A program made the position numbers and the translations under genes. Of a DNA stretch of 64,000 nucleotides, positions 10,033 through 18,992 are shown in pieces; the first letter of the stretch is position 1; every line of letters starts with the position of its first letter. Under the pieces are notes generated by a model. The model saw only the letters and a list, made by a program, of their open reading frames with translations. It was not told the origin of the DNA and made no database searches. This DNA is from Alphaproteobacteria bacterium (GTDB lineage Bacteria; Pseudomonadota; Alphaproteobacteria; Bin95): NCBI GenBank assembly GCA_965205265.1, contig CBDBGH010000003.1:5184001-5248000 (forward strand), read 5' to 3'.

Positions 10033-11315
10033 TCAGAGAGGGGCCGCCGCTTCTTCCCTTTCAGCAGGCTCCGTCTCGCCCCGCAGATTGATGACGGCGC
10101 CGTCCACCAGCGCCGTGGACAGGTCGGTGCCCGCCGCGTCGACATACCCCAGGAGGACATCGCGGAGATCGGCCCGGTCCGCGGTTACGTCAGGCATCCG
10201 GGTTGCGATGAACTCCGAAAACCGGAAAACCGCTTCCGAAATATCGGCCCTGTCCATCTGGGCGGCCTCGAAATTGCAATCCGGCAGGGAGGCCTGACGC
10301 ATGTCCGTGTCTGTCATGACGGCCCCGGCGAAGGTCGCGCCTCCGCAGTCCCCTACCTTGATCTGCCGGAGGTCCGCGCCCCGGAACGATGACTGACGGA
10401 GGTCGCCGGCGCCGACAAGGGCCTTCACCAGTGTGGCGCGGTCGAACACCGACCCGCGCGCCTCGATGAAGGTCATGTCGGCCCGGGCAAGGTTGCAGCC
10501 GGAAAGAATGCAATCCTTGAGGGAGGCCCCCGAGAAGACGGCTTGCGAGCAGTCGGCATTCTCGAATCCGCACTTCTCGAAGCGCGCTCCCCGGCAATCC
10601 GCCAATGCCATGTTGGCCTGCCCGAAGGCGGCATTGTCCGCGTGGACCCGCATGAGACGGGCGCCCGGCAGCTTCGCTCCGCGCAGGTTGGCATCCTTCA
10701 GGATCGCCCAGGGCATATAGACCGCGACAAGGCTCGCTTCCTTCAGGGAGGCCCCGGTAAAGTCGGCCCGGTCCATGCGGGACTCGTCGAGAGTGGCATT
10801 GTCCAGTCTGGCCTCGTTCAGGCCGAGGTCCCGCATGGACGCCCTGCTCATGTTGGCGTGCCGCAGATCGCTTCGGTAGAGAGCGGCGCCCTGGAGGTCT
10901 GAATCGCGCAGGTCGGCATCCCGGAGGACCGCATCGGCCATGCGCGCGTGCCGGAGATGGGCGTCCCTGAAACTCGTGCCCCGCATCCGGGCGTCCTCAA
11001 GGATGGCCCCCGGCAGATACGCCCCACTCAGGTCGCTGCCCTCAAGGTTCGCCCTGGTGAAATCGGCGTCGGGCATCCTGGCCTTCTTCAGGCTGGCCTG
11101 CTGGATATGCGCCCCTCGAATTTGGCGCCGGTCAGGTCGGCATCGTCGAAGAGCGTTCCGACCAGGCGTGCCTGGCTGAAGTCAGCGCCGGCAAAATCAA
11201 GGCCTGAAAGATCGAGGCCGCTCAGGTCCCAACCGCGGAAATCCAGATGACGGAATTCGCGCTCGCCGAAGGCACACAGCCGCTCGATCGCCTCTCTCGT
11301 CGTCATCTTCTGCAT
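10033..11315 (-). pseudogene. Pentapeptide repeat protein with a one-base frameshift near 11112-11115
   Basis: ORFs 11088..11315 and 10033..11076 join into continuous repeats (KFEGAHIQQASLKKARMP) if one G is added to a G4 run. Confidence 0.75.
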
Positions 11316-11400
11316 GATGGAACCTCCCGTCGTTTTGCTATCGGGCGAAGAAAGGGATTGGCGGCTTTATTCGCACTGCGGCTTTCGCAGTCGGTGCCGG

Positions 11401-11817
11401 TCAGCATGGAACGCTCCCTTCATCGAACATGTCGGCAAACTGGTTGAGGTAGCGCACGAGAGAGGGGCGCCGGTAGCAGTGGGCCCGGGCGTGTCGGGCC
11501 AGATCCTCGACCCTGACCCCGCAGCCGGCAAGCAGAATCGAGCATTCATGCGGATGGATGGTGGAGAGCATCCAGTCGACCGCCGCACTGTGATTGCAGT
11601 CGGGGTCCGGCGGCCGCGCCAGGGCGGCAATTATGCCGGTCCCGGTCGGGGGCGGTCCGGGCATGCCGGCGCAGTGCTTGCGCACAATACGTCCCGCGAG
11701 AGCCTCCGCATCGGGCCATGGCCCGGATTTGCAACGGGCAAAGCGGCGCGAGTGTGCGGCAAACGCTTCCTGGCTGCACAATTCCACGGGCTCAAGATGT
11801 CCGTGACGGCGTCTCAT
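11401..11817 (-). CDS. Hypothetical protein, possible partner of the upstream nucleotidyltransferase
   Basis: ATGA overlap with the 11814 stop. Confidence 0.55.
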   Translation of the reverse strand: MRRRHGHLEPVELCSQEAFAAHSRRFARCKSGPWPDAEALAGRIVRKHCAGMPGPPPTGTGIIAALARPPDPDCNHSAAVDWMLSTIHPHECSILLAGCGVRVEDLARHARAHCYRRPSLVRYLNQFADMFDEGSVPC

Positions 11818-12563
11818 TGTCCCGGGTCCTTGAAGCCACCGTCATCTTCCGGGGCTTCCGCCGTGGACGGCGGAACGCTGAGCGCCTCGATCACGGCTTC
11901 CTTGAACGCCTCTCCGGTCCATTGGAAATAGGGCTCCACAAGGGGCCTCACCCTGTCGTTGAGCAGACGCTCGCCCGAAACATGCTGCCGGATGAGTCCT
12001 CGGACAGTCTCGATGTTCCGCGGATCGCTCTTCCCCAGGGCGGCCTGGAGGGCCGGTAAATCGAACTGTCTCGCGCAAACGATGTCGAAGAGGTCACGCG
12101 CGGCGATTTCGCCGGCCTCGTACATCCGCCGCACGATTTTCCCGTAGAGAATATCCACGTTCGAATGCAGGGCGAGGGCGGTGCCGGCCAGTCGGGTCGT
12201 ACGGCGGGGGTCGAGGTCGAAACCTCTGGGCAGAACGGTCACCTCGATGCCGTCTATCTCGGCATAGGTTCCGATTGAATCGCACCAGGTGGATTCTTCC
12301 ACACATCCCGGGATCGCCCTGATGGCCGCTTCCAGGCGTTCAAGTCCCGGCCTCCCCAGGGACTCGTAGGCACCCGGATCGCAGAACAGGTCCACGTCGA
12401 GGGAAACCCGGTGCGCCCACCGGGCCGCTAGAACCGAGCCTCCCCCGAACGACAGGTGCTCCGGTGCGATGAACTCCGAAAGCACGTTGAACATGCGCCG
12501 CGCGACCAGACCGGGACGGCCGGGGATCTCCTCTTCCCCCATGCAGTCCAAGGGTCTTTTCAC
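11814..12563 (-). CDS. AbiEii/AbiGii-family nucleotidyltransferase
   Basis: FGGGSVLAARWAHRVSLDVDLF motif and RDLFD; GTG start after GGAGG. Confidence 0.75.
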   Translation of the reverse strand: MKRPLDCMGEEEIPGRPGLVARRMFNVLSEFIAPEHLSFGGGSVLAARWAHRVSLDVDLFCDPGAYESLGRPGLERLEAAIRAIPGCVEESTWCDSIGTYAEIDGIEVTVLPRGFDLDPRRTTRLAGTALALHSNVDILYGKIVRRMYEAGEIAARDLFDIVCARQFDLPALQAALGKSDPRNIETVRGLIRQHVSGERLLNDRVRPLVEPYFQWTGEAFKEAVIEALSVPPSTAEAPEDDGGFKDPGQ

Positions 12564-12564
12564 A

Positions 12565-14004
12565 CTACGCCCCTCCTGCGTTTTCACGGTTTGGGAGAGA
12601 ACGGTCATCCTCCGGCTCCGGCGCGGTGTCGAAAAGGGCCTGTGACGTGTCGGCCCCGGCGAACCCTGCCACATGCTCCGGTACGGCGCCGCGGAAATCC
12701 GCGAACATCATCTTGGCGCCCGCGAAATTCGATCCGCTGATGCCCCAGGCGTCGGCAACCCTTGCCCCGGCCATCCAGGCCTCGGAAAAGTCGCTTTCGT
12801 TGAGATAGGCCTCCGAGAGGTCCGCGCCGTCCAGGCGAATGCCCGGCGCCGTTACGCCGGACAGGTAGGCTTCCCGCAGCCCGGCCCGGCTCAGCGTGGC
12901 CCGGGTAAGGTTGGCATTGACGAACCCCGCCCCCTCGAAAAAGCCTCCGGCCATGTCGGCCTCGACAAGGATCGCCGCCTCCAGATCAACCCCGGGGGCC
13001 CAGACATTCAGCATGCCCGCTCTCGAGAGATCGGTCCTTCGCATGTTGGTCCGTTCCAGAACAGCCCCGTGAAGGGAGGCTTCCTTCATGACGGCAAGCG
13101 TCATTCTTGCGCCGGTGAGGTCGGCTTCGCCCAGCCGGGCTTCGGAAAGGTCGGCAGACACGAAGGAGGCCCCGCAGAAACGCCCGTGCGCCAGAGCCGC
13201 GCCGGTCATCCTGGCTCGCTCGAAATCCGCGCCGGTCGCGAGCGCGTGCTTCAGGATCGCGCGGGTCATGTCGGCATGGATGAAACGCCCCCCGGACATG
13301 CGGGCTTGGGACAGGTCCGCGCCGGTCATGGAAGCGTCCACGAAGAACGCAAAGCCGAGACTGGCCCGGTGCATGATGGCCTCGGACAGGCGGGCCCCGT
13401 CGAAGACCGTGCGATTAAGCTTGGCATCGCTCAGGACTATCCCTTCCAGATGAAGGCCCGACAGGTCGAGACCGGACAGGTCCTCGCCGCGGAAGTCCCG
13501 TTCCCCGTCCCGGTAACGGCTGTTGACGGTCTCCCGGGTCTCCCTGAGCAGGGCATCGACAAGGTTGGCTCCCTGCATGTCGCAATATGCGAGTTTGGCC
13601 CCCGGAAGACAGGTTCCGCGAAAGCGCGCCTCTGCAAAGGAGCTCATGAAGAGCATGGCCCCTCGCATGTCGGCTCCGTCAAACACAGCCCGGTCGGCCG
13701 AAACGTCGGCCAGATTCACCTCACGCATGAGGGCGTCGGTGAAGTCGGCCCCTTCGAGACCGCTCCCCTTGAAATCGGTCATGTGGAGCCGCGTGGAGCG
13801 CAAACAGGCCCCGGCAAACGAACAGCCTTTGAAGCTGGAGTGAGTGATGGATGCCCCGGAGAAGTCGGAACCCGAAAAGTCGGCATCCGTCACGCTGAGG
13901 GTGTTCAGGTCGGCGCCCCGGAAGTCGCGGTTGCGGAAATCGCGCTCCCCGTCCGCGTAGCGCCGCTTGAGTTCCTCGCGTGTCATCGGTGTCAACGAAG
14001 CCAT
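12565..14004 (-). CDS. Pentapeptide repeat protein (two modules)
   Basis: RRYADGERDF and RYRDGERDF caps followed by repeats. Confidence 0.9.
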   Translation of the reverse strand: MASLTPMTREELKRRYADGERDFRNRDFRGADLNTLSVTDADFSGSDFSGASITHSSFKGCSFAGACLRSTRLHMTDFKGSGLEGADFTDALMREVNLADVSADRAVFDGADMRGAMLFMSSFAEARFRGTCLPGAKLAYCDMQGANLVDALLRETRETVNSRYRDGERDFRGEDLSGLDLSGLHLEGIVLSDAKLNRTVFDGARLSEAIMHRASLGFAFFVDASMTGADLSQARMSGGRFIHADMTRAILKHALATGADFERARMTGAALAHGRFCGASFVSADLSEARLGEADLTGARMTLAVMKEASLHGAVLERTNMRRTDLSRAGMLNVWAPGVDLEAAILVEADMAGGFFEGAGFVNANLTRATLSRAGLREAYLSGVTAPGIRLDGADLSEAYLNESDFSEAWMAGARVADAWGISGSNFAGAKMMFADFRGAVPEHVAGFAGADTSQALFDTAPEPEDDRSLPNRENAGGA

Positions 14005-14028
14005 GGCCGCGCCCCCTGTATGCGTGGA

Positions 14029-15348
14029 TCAGGCCGCTTCGGGAGCGGGGTCCGCACTGTCGGGCGGCAGGACCGCGTCCTTCAGGATGCAGTGTCCTGC
14101 CTTGAGGGCGCCGTCGAGGAACCGGGAGCGCGAGAGGTTCGCGTCGGTGAAGTCCGTCAGCAACAGCCGCGCCTCGACGAACGAGGCGTCTCTCGGTTCC
14201 GTGCCGGAGAGAATCGCGCGCTGCAGGGAGGCATAATGCAGAACGGACCCGACCATAAGCGCATCGGACAGGTCGGCGTCATCGAGATTTGCCCTTGTGA
14301 AGTCGGCCCGGTCGAGATCGCTGCCCGCGAAAGAACATCTGGTGAGGCCAGCCTTCTGAAACCGGGCTTCTTCAAGGTGTGCGCCTTGGAAGCCTGCGCC
14401 ATGCGCCGCGACGTTTTCGAACCCGGCTCTTGCGAGTTTGGCGTTCGGGAACCAGCTGTCCCGGATCCCCGCCTTCCGGAAATCGGCATCCTCAAGGTGG
14501 CTTCCATCGAAGATGGAACCGGGCATCGAGCACTCAACGAAGCATGCGCGCCCCGCGAGGACGTTGGTGAAATTGCAACGGTCCATACTGGCTCCGGTGA
14601 AATCCGCGCCCTGGAGGAACGCCCCGCAGAACTGCGCGTAATCCGCATTGCAGCCCTGGGCGTTGGCATTCGGGAGCTGGGCACCGTTCAGAACGGCGTA
14701 TTTGAGATTGGCCTTCTGGAGGTCGGATCCGCTGAGATCGGCGTCGATCATGCAGGTCCGCTGAAGCCGGGCCCCTGCAAGACGGGCATTCTTGAAATCC
14801 GCAGCGGCAAGATCCGCATCCTCGAAGCCGGCTTCTTCCAGGTTGGCCCCGGCGAAACTGGTGCCGCGGAGTCTCGATGCGGAGAAGACAATTCCGGGAA
14901 GATCGGCCCCGGAGAAATCAAGGCCCGAAAGATCGAGACCGCAGAATGCGCGTTCGCCGGCCGCATAGCGGCGCAACACTTCTCCGGCCGTATAGCGGAT
15001 TACCGCCCCGTCAAAGTCGGCGCCGGCGGTTCTCAGCCCGATCAGGCGCGCGCCGACAAGCAGGCTCTGCCGGAAATCCGCATCGGTGAAGTCGACATCC
15101 ATAAGGGAAGCATGCCGGAGATCGGCGCCTTTCAGGATGGCCCCTCTGGCTGATGCCTGGTGGATTTCCGCCTCACGAAGGCGGGCGCCGGAAAGATTTG
15201 TCCCGTTGAGCTGGACGTCATGCATCAGGGCTTCTTCGAAGCAGGCCCCGGAGAGATCGCAGTCGGAGAGGTCCTGCCCCTTGAAATTCTCGCCGGCAAA
15301 GTCCCGTGTTCCGGCCGAGTAGAGGCTCAGCAATTCTATCCGGTGCAT
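14029..15348 (-). CDS. Pentapeptide repeat protein (two modules)
   Basis: LYSAGTRDF and RRYAAGERAF caps; continuous repeats. Confidence 0.9.
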   Translation of the reverse strand: MHRIELLSLYSAGTRDFAGENFKGQDLSDCDLSGACFEEALMHDVQLNGTNLSGARLREAEIHQASARGAILKGADLRHASLMDVDFTDADFRQSLLVGARLIGLRTAGADFDGAVIRYTAGEVLRRYAAGERAFCGLDLSGLDFSGADLPGIVFSASRLRGTSFAGANLEEAGFEDADLAAADFKNARLAGARLQRTCMIDADLSGSDLQKANLKYAVLNGAQLPNANAQGCNADYAQFCGAFLQGADFTGASMDRCNFTNVLAGRACFVECSMPGSIFDGSHLEDADFRKAGIRDSWFPNAKLARAGFENVAAHGAGFQGAHLEEARFQKAGLTRCSFAGSDLDRADFTRANLDDADLSDALMVGSVLHYASLQRAILSGTEPRDASFVEARLLLTDFTDANLSRSRFLDGALKAGHCILKDAVLPPDSADPAPEAA

Positions 15349-15378
15349 GTTTGCATCCTTCTTTGGGTTTCCCCTCCC

Positions 15379-16296
15379 CTAGCGCGGCGAGGGTTCCGGC
15401 GGCCAGTCGTCATCGTTGCTGAGCCGGACCTGCGCCAGGTCGTTGAACTGTTTGATGTGGGGCGAAAGAGTGGCCCCGCGCAGGTCGGCGAGAGCGAAAT
15501 TCGAGCCGACGAGCGTGGCTGCGGACAGATCTGTGTCGCGGAAATCCGCACCGCCGAAATCGACGAACTTGAGATGGGCGCCCTCCAGAACGGCGTCACG
15601 CATATAGGCGTCGCGGAAGACAGCGAGACAGACCTCGGTAGTGAGGACCCCCTCATCATCCACAGGGAGCGTCCCGGGCGGCAGCGTGTAAGCTCCCTTC
15701 AGACAGGCCTCAAAAAACGTGCCGGCAGTGAAATCGCCACCCTCTATCCGCCCTGTCACTGTGCTTCGGGTGAAGTCGGCCTTCTTGGCGGAGACATGAT
15801 CCAATGCTGCCTCGGACAAGTCGGCGAAGCGCAGCGAGGCTCCCTGGAGCTTCGCATGCGAAAGCGTCGCCTCGAAGGCGGCGGCGTGGTCGAGGTTGGC
15901 CCCGCGGAGATCCGCGTCTGTGAGGTCGGCCCGCGTGAGCAGCGCCCTGTCCAATTTGGCCTCTCTGAAATCTCCGGCCGCCAGCGAGGCCCCCTCCATC
16001 CGGGAGAAGGACATGTCTGCATGATGGAATATCGCCCCCGGGGCGATCATGCCGGCCATATCGGCGTTGGTGAGATTGGCTCCGATGAAGTCGGTGTCCA
16101 CTGCTCGGATACCGCGCAGGATTGTCCGCCTCAGGCTCGTGCCGGCAAAGCTCGTCCCACTGAAGTCCAGCGCCTTGGCAAGTTCGTCGCGTTGTGCGCT
16201 GAAGTCGAGCCCCGACAGGTCCAGGCCCGAGAAGTCCCGCTCCCCGTCCGCCAGGCGCTGGATCACCTCTTCTGCCGTGAGACGCGGTTTGGACAT
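15379..16296 (-). CDS. Pentapeptide repeat protein
   Basis: RLADGERDF cap; GGAG RBS; tail PPEPSPR. Confidence 0.9.
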   Translation of the reverse strand: MSKPRLTAEEVIQRLADGERDFSGLDLSGLDFSAQRDELAKALDFSGTSFAGTSLRRTILRGIRAVDTDFIGANLTNADMAGMIAPGAIFHHADMSFSRMEGASLAAGDFREAKLDRALLTRADLTDADLRGANLDHAAAFEATLSHAKLQGASLRFADLSEAALDHVSAKKADFTRSTVTGRIEGGDFTAGTFFEACLKGAYTLPPGTLPVDDEGVLTTEVCLAVFRDAYMRDAVLEGAHLKFVDFGGADFRDTDLSAATLVGSNFALADLRGATLSPHIKQFNDLAQVRLSNDDDWPPEPSPR

Positions 16297-16360
16297 GGCG
16301 CTCCGTTCCTCCGATTGCCGTGATCTGGACAGTATTGCAGCGGTTCGTGAAAACCGGAAC

Positions 16361-16416
16361 CTGATTGTTACGATAATCAGATTGCAATAAAAAGCGGATT
16401 GTGATATCTTGTTCCA
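16361..16416. promoter_or_regulatory. Divergent promoter region with operator-like inverted repeats
   Basis: AT-rich; CTGATT-N8-AATCAG inverted repeat; TTGCAA -35-like hexamer; motif shared with 1222-1256. Confidence 0.5.
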
Positions 16417-16454
16417 AGCGCTGGAACAGCCCTGCAAGCGCGGAGGAAAGCCGG

Positions 16455-17678
16455 ATGCGCTTCATCCATAGCCTGAGACTGGCCGGCCTGCTCTCCTTTC
16501 CTCCGGACATGGAGCCGTTCGAACTCGAATCGCTCAATGTCCTCATCGGACCGAACGGGTCCGGCAAGTCGAACCTGATCGAGGCGTTCGAGCTTCTGCG
16601 GACCCTGCCGCAGGACCTTGCGATGACGCTTGCGGAAGGCGGCGGCGTGGACGAGTGGATATGGAAGGGGTCGCCTTCCAGCCGGACGGCGTGTGTGGAA
16701 TTGATGGTCGAGCAAATCCGGAGAAACAACGGCGGCAGCCGGTCCCCAGGCGGGGGACGGCTCCCTCTGCGGTACCGGCTTGAATTCGGGGAAGAGAACC
16801 GCCGCGTCCGCATTCTCGACGAGGCGGTTGAAGAACAGGAATTGAGTGGCGGCGATCACGAAGGCTTCTTCCACTACCGGCTTGCCGGGGACAGTTCCGG
16901 AACCAATCCGGTAATCTGCATCCGCGAGGGCGCGGTCCGGAAACGCAAGGAACTGCTGCGGTCGGAAGTCGGTCTCGGCACGTCGATTCTGGCGCAGCGG
17001 CGCGACCGGAATCTTTATCCGGAGATCACATGGCTGGGCTGGATACTGCCGCAAATCCAGACCTTCCGCGAGCGGTCGTTCGGCTGCCGTTCGGAGGCGC
17101 GCAAGCCTCAACCGACAGACCTGTCGGGAGACCGGCTTCTGCCTGATGCGAGCAATCTCGCCGCAATTGTCGACAATCTGGATAGCTGCGGGAATCGGCG
17201 GGCATTCGACGATTTGCTGAAACGCTTCTTCCCGCGCGTTGAAGGTTTGAGGACTGCGGTCATCGGCAAGACCGTCCAGCTTCAGCTCCACGAAACCGGT
17301 TTCGACGCCCCCATCCCGGCATCCCGCATGTCGGACGGCATGCTGCGGTTCATCGCGATACTGGCGGTGCTGATGTCGCCGGAGCCGCCGCCGCTGGTTT
17401 GCATCGAGGAGCCGGAACTGGGGCTGCACCCGGACGCGGCGGCGCTGCTGGGCGATGTGCTGAAGGATGCCTCCGAACGGATGCAGTTGATCGTCACCAC
17501 GCATTCAAGCGCCCTGCTGTCGGAGTTCAGCGACCGGCCGAACGCCGTCATTGCCTGCGAGCGGCCCGGCGCGGGCACGATGCTGCGCCGGCTGGACCCG
17601 GAGCGCGTCGCCCACTGGCTCGAGGACCATGCCTTGGGCGACATCTGGCGCATGGGAGCGCTGGGCGCGAACCCGTGA
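16455..17678 (+). CDS. AAA_21/AAA_15-type ABC-class ATPase
   Basis: Walker A GPNGSGKS, signature MSDG, Walker B and D-loop IEEPELGLHP, H-loop TTHS. Confidence 0.9.
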   Translation: MRFIHSLRLAGLLSFPPDMEPFELESLNVLIGPNGSGKSNLIEAFELLRTLPQDLAMTLAEGGGVDEWIWKGSPSSRTACVELMVEQIRRNNGGSRSPGGGRLPLRYRLEFGEENRRVRILDEAVEEQELSGGDHEGFFHYRLAGDSSGTNPVICIREGAVRKRKELLRSEVGLGTSILAQRRDRNLYPEITWLGWILPQIQTFRERSFGCRSEARKPQPTDLSGDRLLPDASNLAAIVDNLDSCGNRRAFDDLLKRFFPRVEGLRTAVIGKTVQLQLHETGFDAPIPASRMSDGMLRFIAILAVLMSPEPPPLVCIEEPELGLHPDAAALLGDVLKDASERMQLIVTTHSSALLSEFSDRPNAVIACERPGAGTMLRRLDPERVAHWLEDHALGDIWRMGALGANP

Positions 17679-17718
17679 CCGCCGAAACGATTTTCATGAT
17701 TTTCGACAGGAGGTCCTG

Positions 17719-18540
17719 ATGGCGGCTGCACCCGCCGGTTTCGCTCCCGTTGTGCGGCTCGGGCAGAACCCCGCGAGGGGGCGCGACCTGGTCGTGGGCG
17801 ACGTGCACGGGCATTTCGCGACGCTCCGCCACGCTCTCGCCGAGCTGGAGTTCGGCCCGGGCGACAGGCTGTTCTCGCTCGGCGACCTGATCGACCGCGG
17901 TCCGGACTCCCTTCAGGCACTGTCCTGGATCGATGGCAAGGAGCCCCCGGCGCGCTTCGACCTGGTCATCCGCGGCAATCACGAGCAGCTGATGCTCGAC
18001 GCGCTGGCGCCTGAAATCTCGGCGGCCTATGAGCCGCTTTGGCCGACCGACCGGGACCTCTGGTACGGCAACGGCGGCTACTGGTGGGAAGAGCGCGGCC
18101 CGGACGACCCCCGTCCGGAAGCCTGGACGGCGGCGCTCGGCGCCCTGCCCTTCGCGGCGCGCATCGAGACACCGCACGGCCCGGTGGGCCTGGTGCATGC
18201 CTGCCCCGTCCACCGGTCCTGGGAGGATCTGGAGAAGGCCCTGGCGCGATCTGGACCGGACAGCCGCCGGACCCGCATGCGGGCGCTCTGGAGCCGCATC
18301 TGGCATCGCTTCCCGCAGTCGGAGATCGGCGAGAGCGGCCGCGAATATGCCGGCCCGGTCGCCGGCGTGCGCGCCGTGGTGACCGGGCACACGCCCGTGA
18401 GCGACCCTGTCTGGCATTGGAACGTACTCGACATCGACACCGGCATCATCCGCCCGAATTTGCGCTGCCTCACCGTTACGCGCATTGACACGGAGGAAAT
18501 CGGGACATGGACCTTCGACCAGGTCGGGATAGACCGGTGA
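17719..18540 (+). CDS. Metallophosphoesterase, PrpA/PrpB-like (lambda phosphatase type)
   Basis: GDVHG, GDLIDRG, RGNHE, VHA, GHT and DTG motifs. Confidence 0.9.
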   Translation: MAAAPAGFAPVVRLGQNPARGRDLVVGDVHGHFATLRHALAELEFGPGDRLFSLGDLIDRGPDSLQALSWIDGKEPPARFDLVIRGNHEQLMLDALAPEISAAYEPLWPTDRDLWYGNGGYWWEERGPDDPRPEAWTAALGALPFAARIETPHGPVGLVHACPVHRSWEDLEKALARSGPDSRRTRMRALWSRIWHRFPQSEIGESGREYAGPVAGVRAVVTGHTPVSDPVWHWNVLDIDTGIIRPNLRCLTVTRIDTEEIGTWTFDQVGIDR

Positions 18541-18992
18541 TGGCCCGGGACAGCATCTTCGATGACGGTGCCCGGCTCATTGCGGATTTCGTGACGCCGG
18601 CCGAGGAAGCGCGCATTCTCGAGCGGATCGCCGAAGCGTCATGGCTCGGCGAACTCAACCGGCGGGTGCAGCATTACGGCTTCCGCTACGACTATCGCGG
18701 CGGCTTGTCCGATACTCCGGTTCCTGCCCTGCCCCGCTGGGCCCGGGTCATGGCCGAACGCCTGCGGCCTCTTTTCGCGGGCATGCTGCCAGTGCAGTGC
18801 ATCGTCAACGAATACCGGCCGGGCCAGGGCATCGGAATGCATGCCGACCACCGGGACTTCGGTCCCGTGGTGGCGTCCCTTTCGCTTGGGGAGGACTGGC
18901 CGATGCGTTTCAGGCCGCGCCGGGGCCGCTATGTACGCGACGGCCTGCCGGGTGACGAGATCGTCACCCTGCCCAGGCGATCGGTTCTCGTT
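18540..18992 (+). pseudogene. AlkB-like 2OG-Fe(II) dioxygenase truncated by IS1634
   Basis: RRVQHYGFRYDY, VNEYRPGQGIGMHAD and SLSLG motifs; distal His and RxSxTFR missing, IS starts at LPRRSVLV. Confidence 0.8.

Noticed and set aside
12673-15153. 826-aa plus-strand ORF (also 58471..61602, 22631..23698 and similar)
   Set aside because: Antisense shadows of real genes in GC-rich DNA; no recognisable motifs
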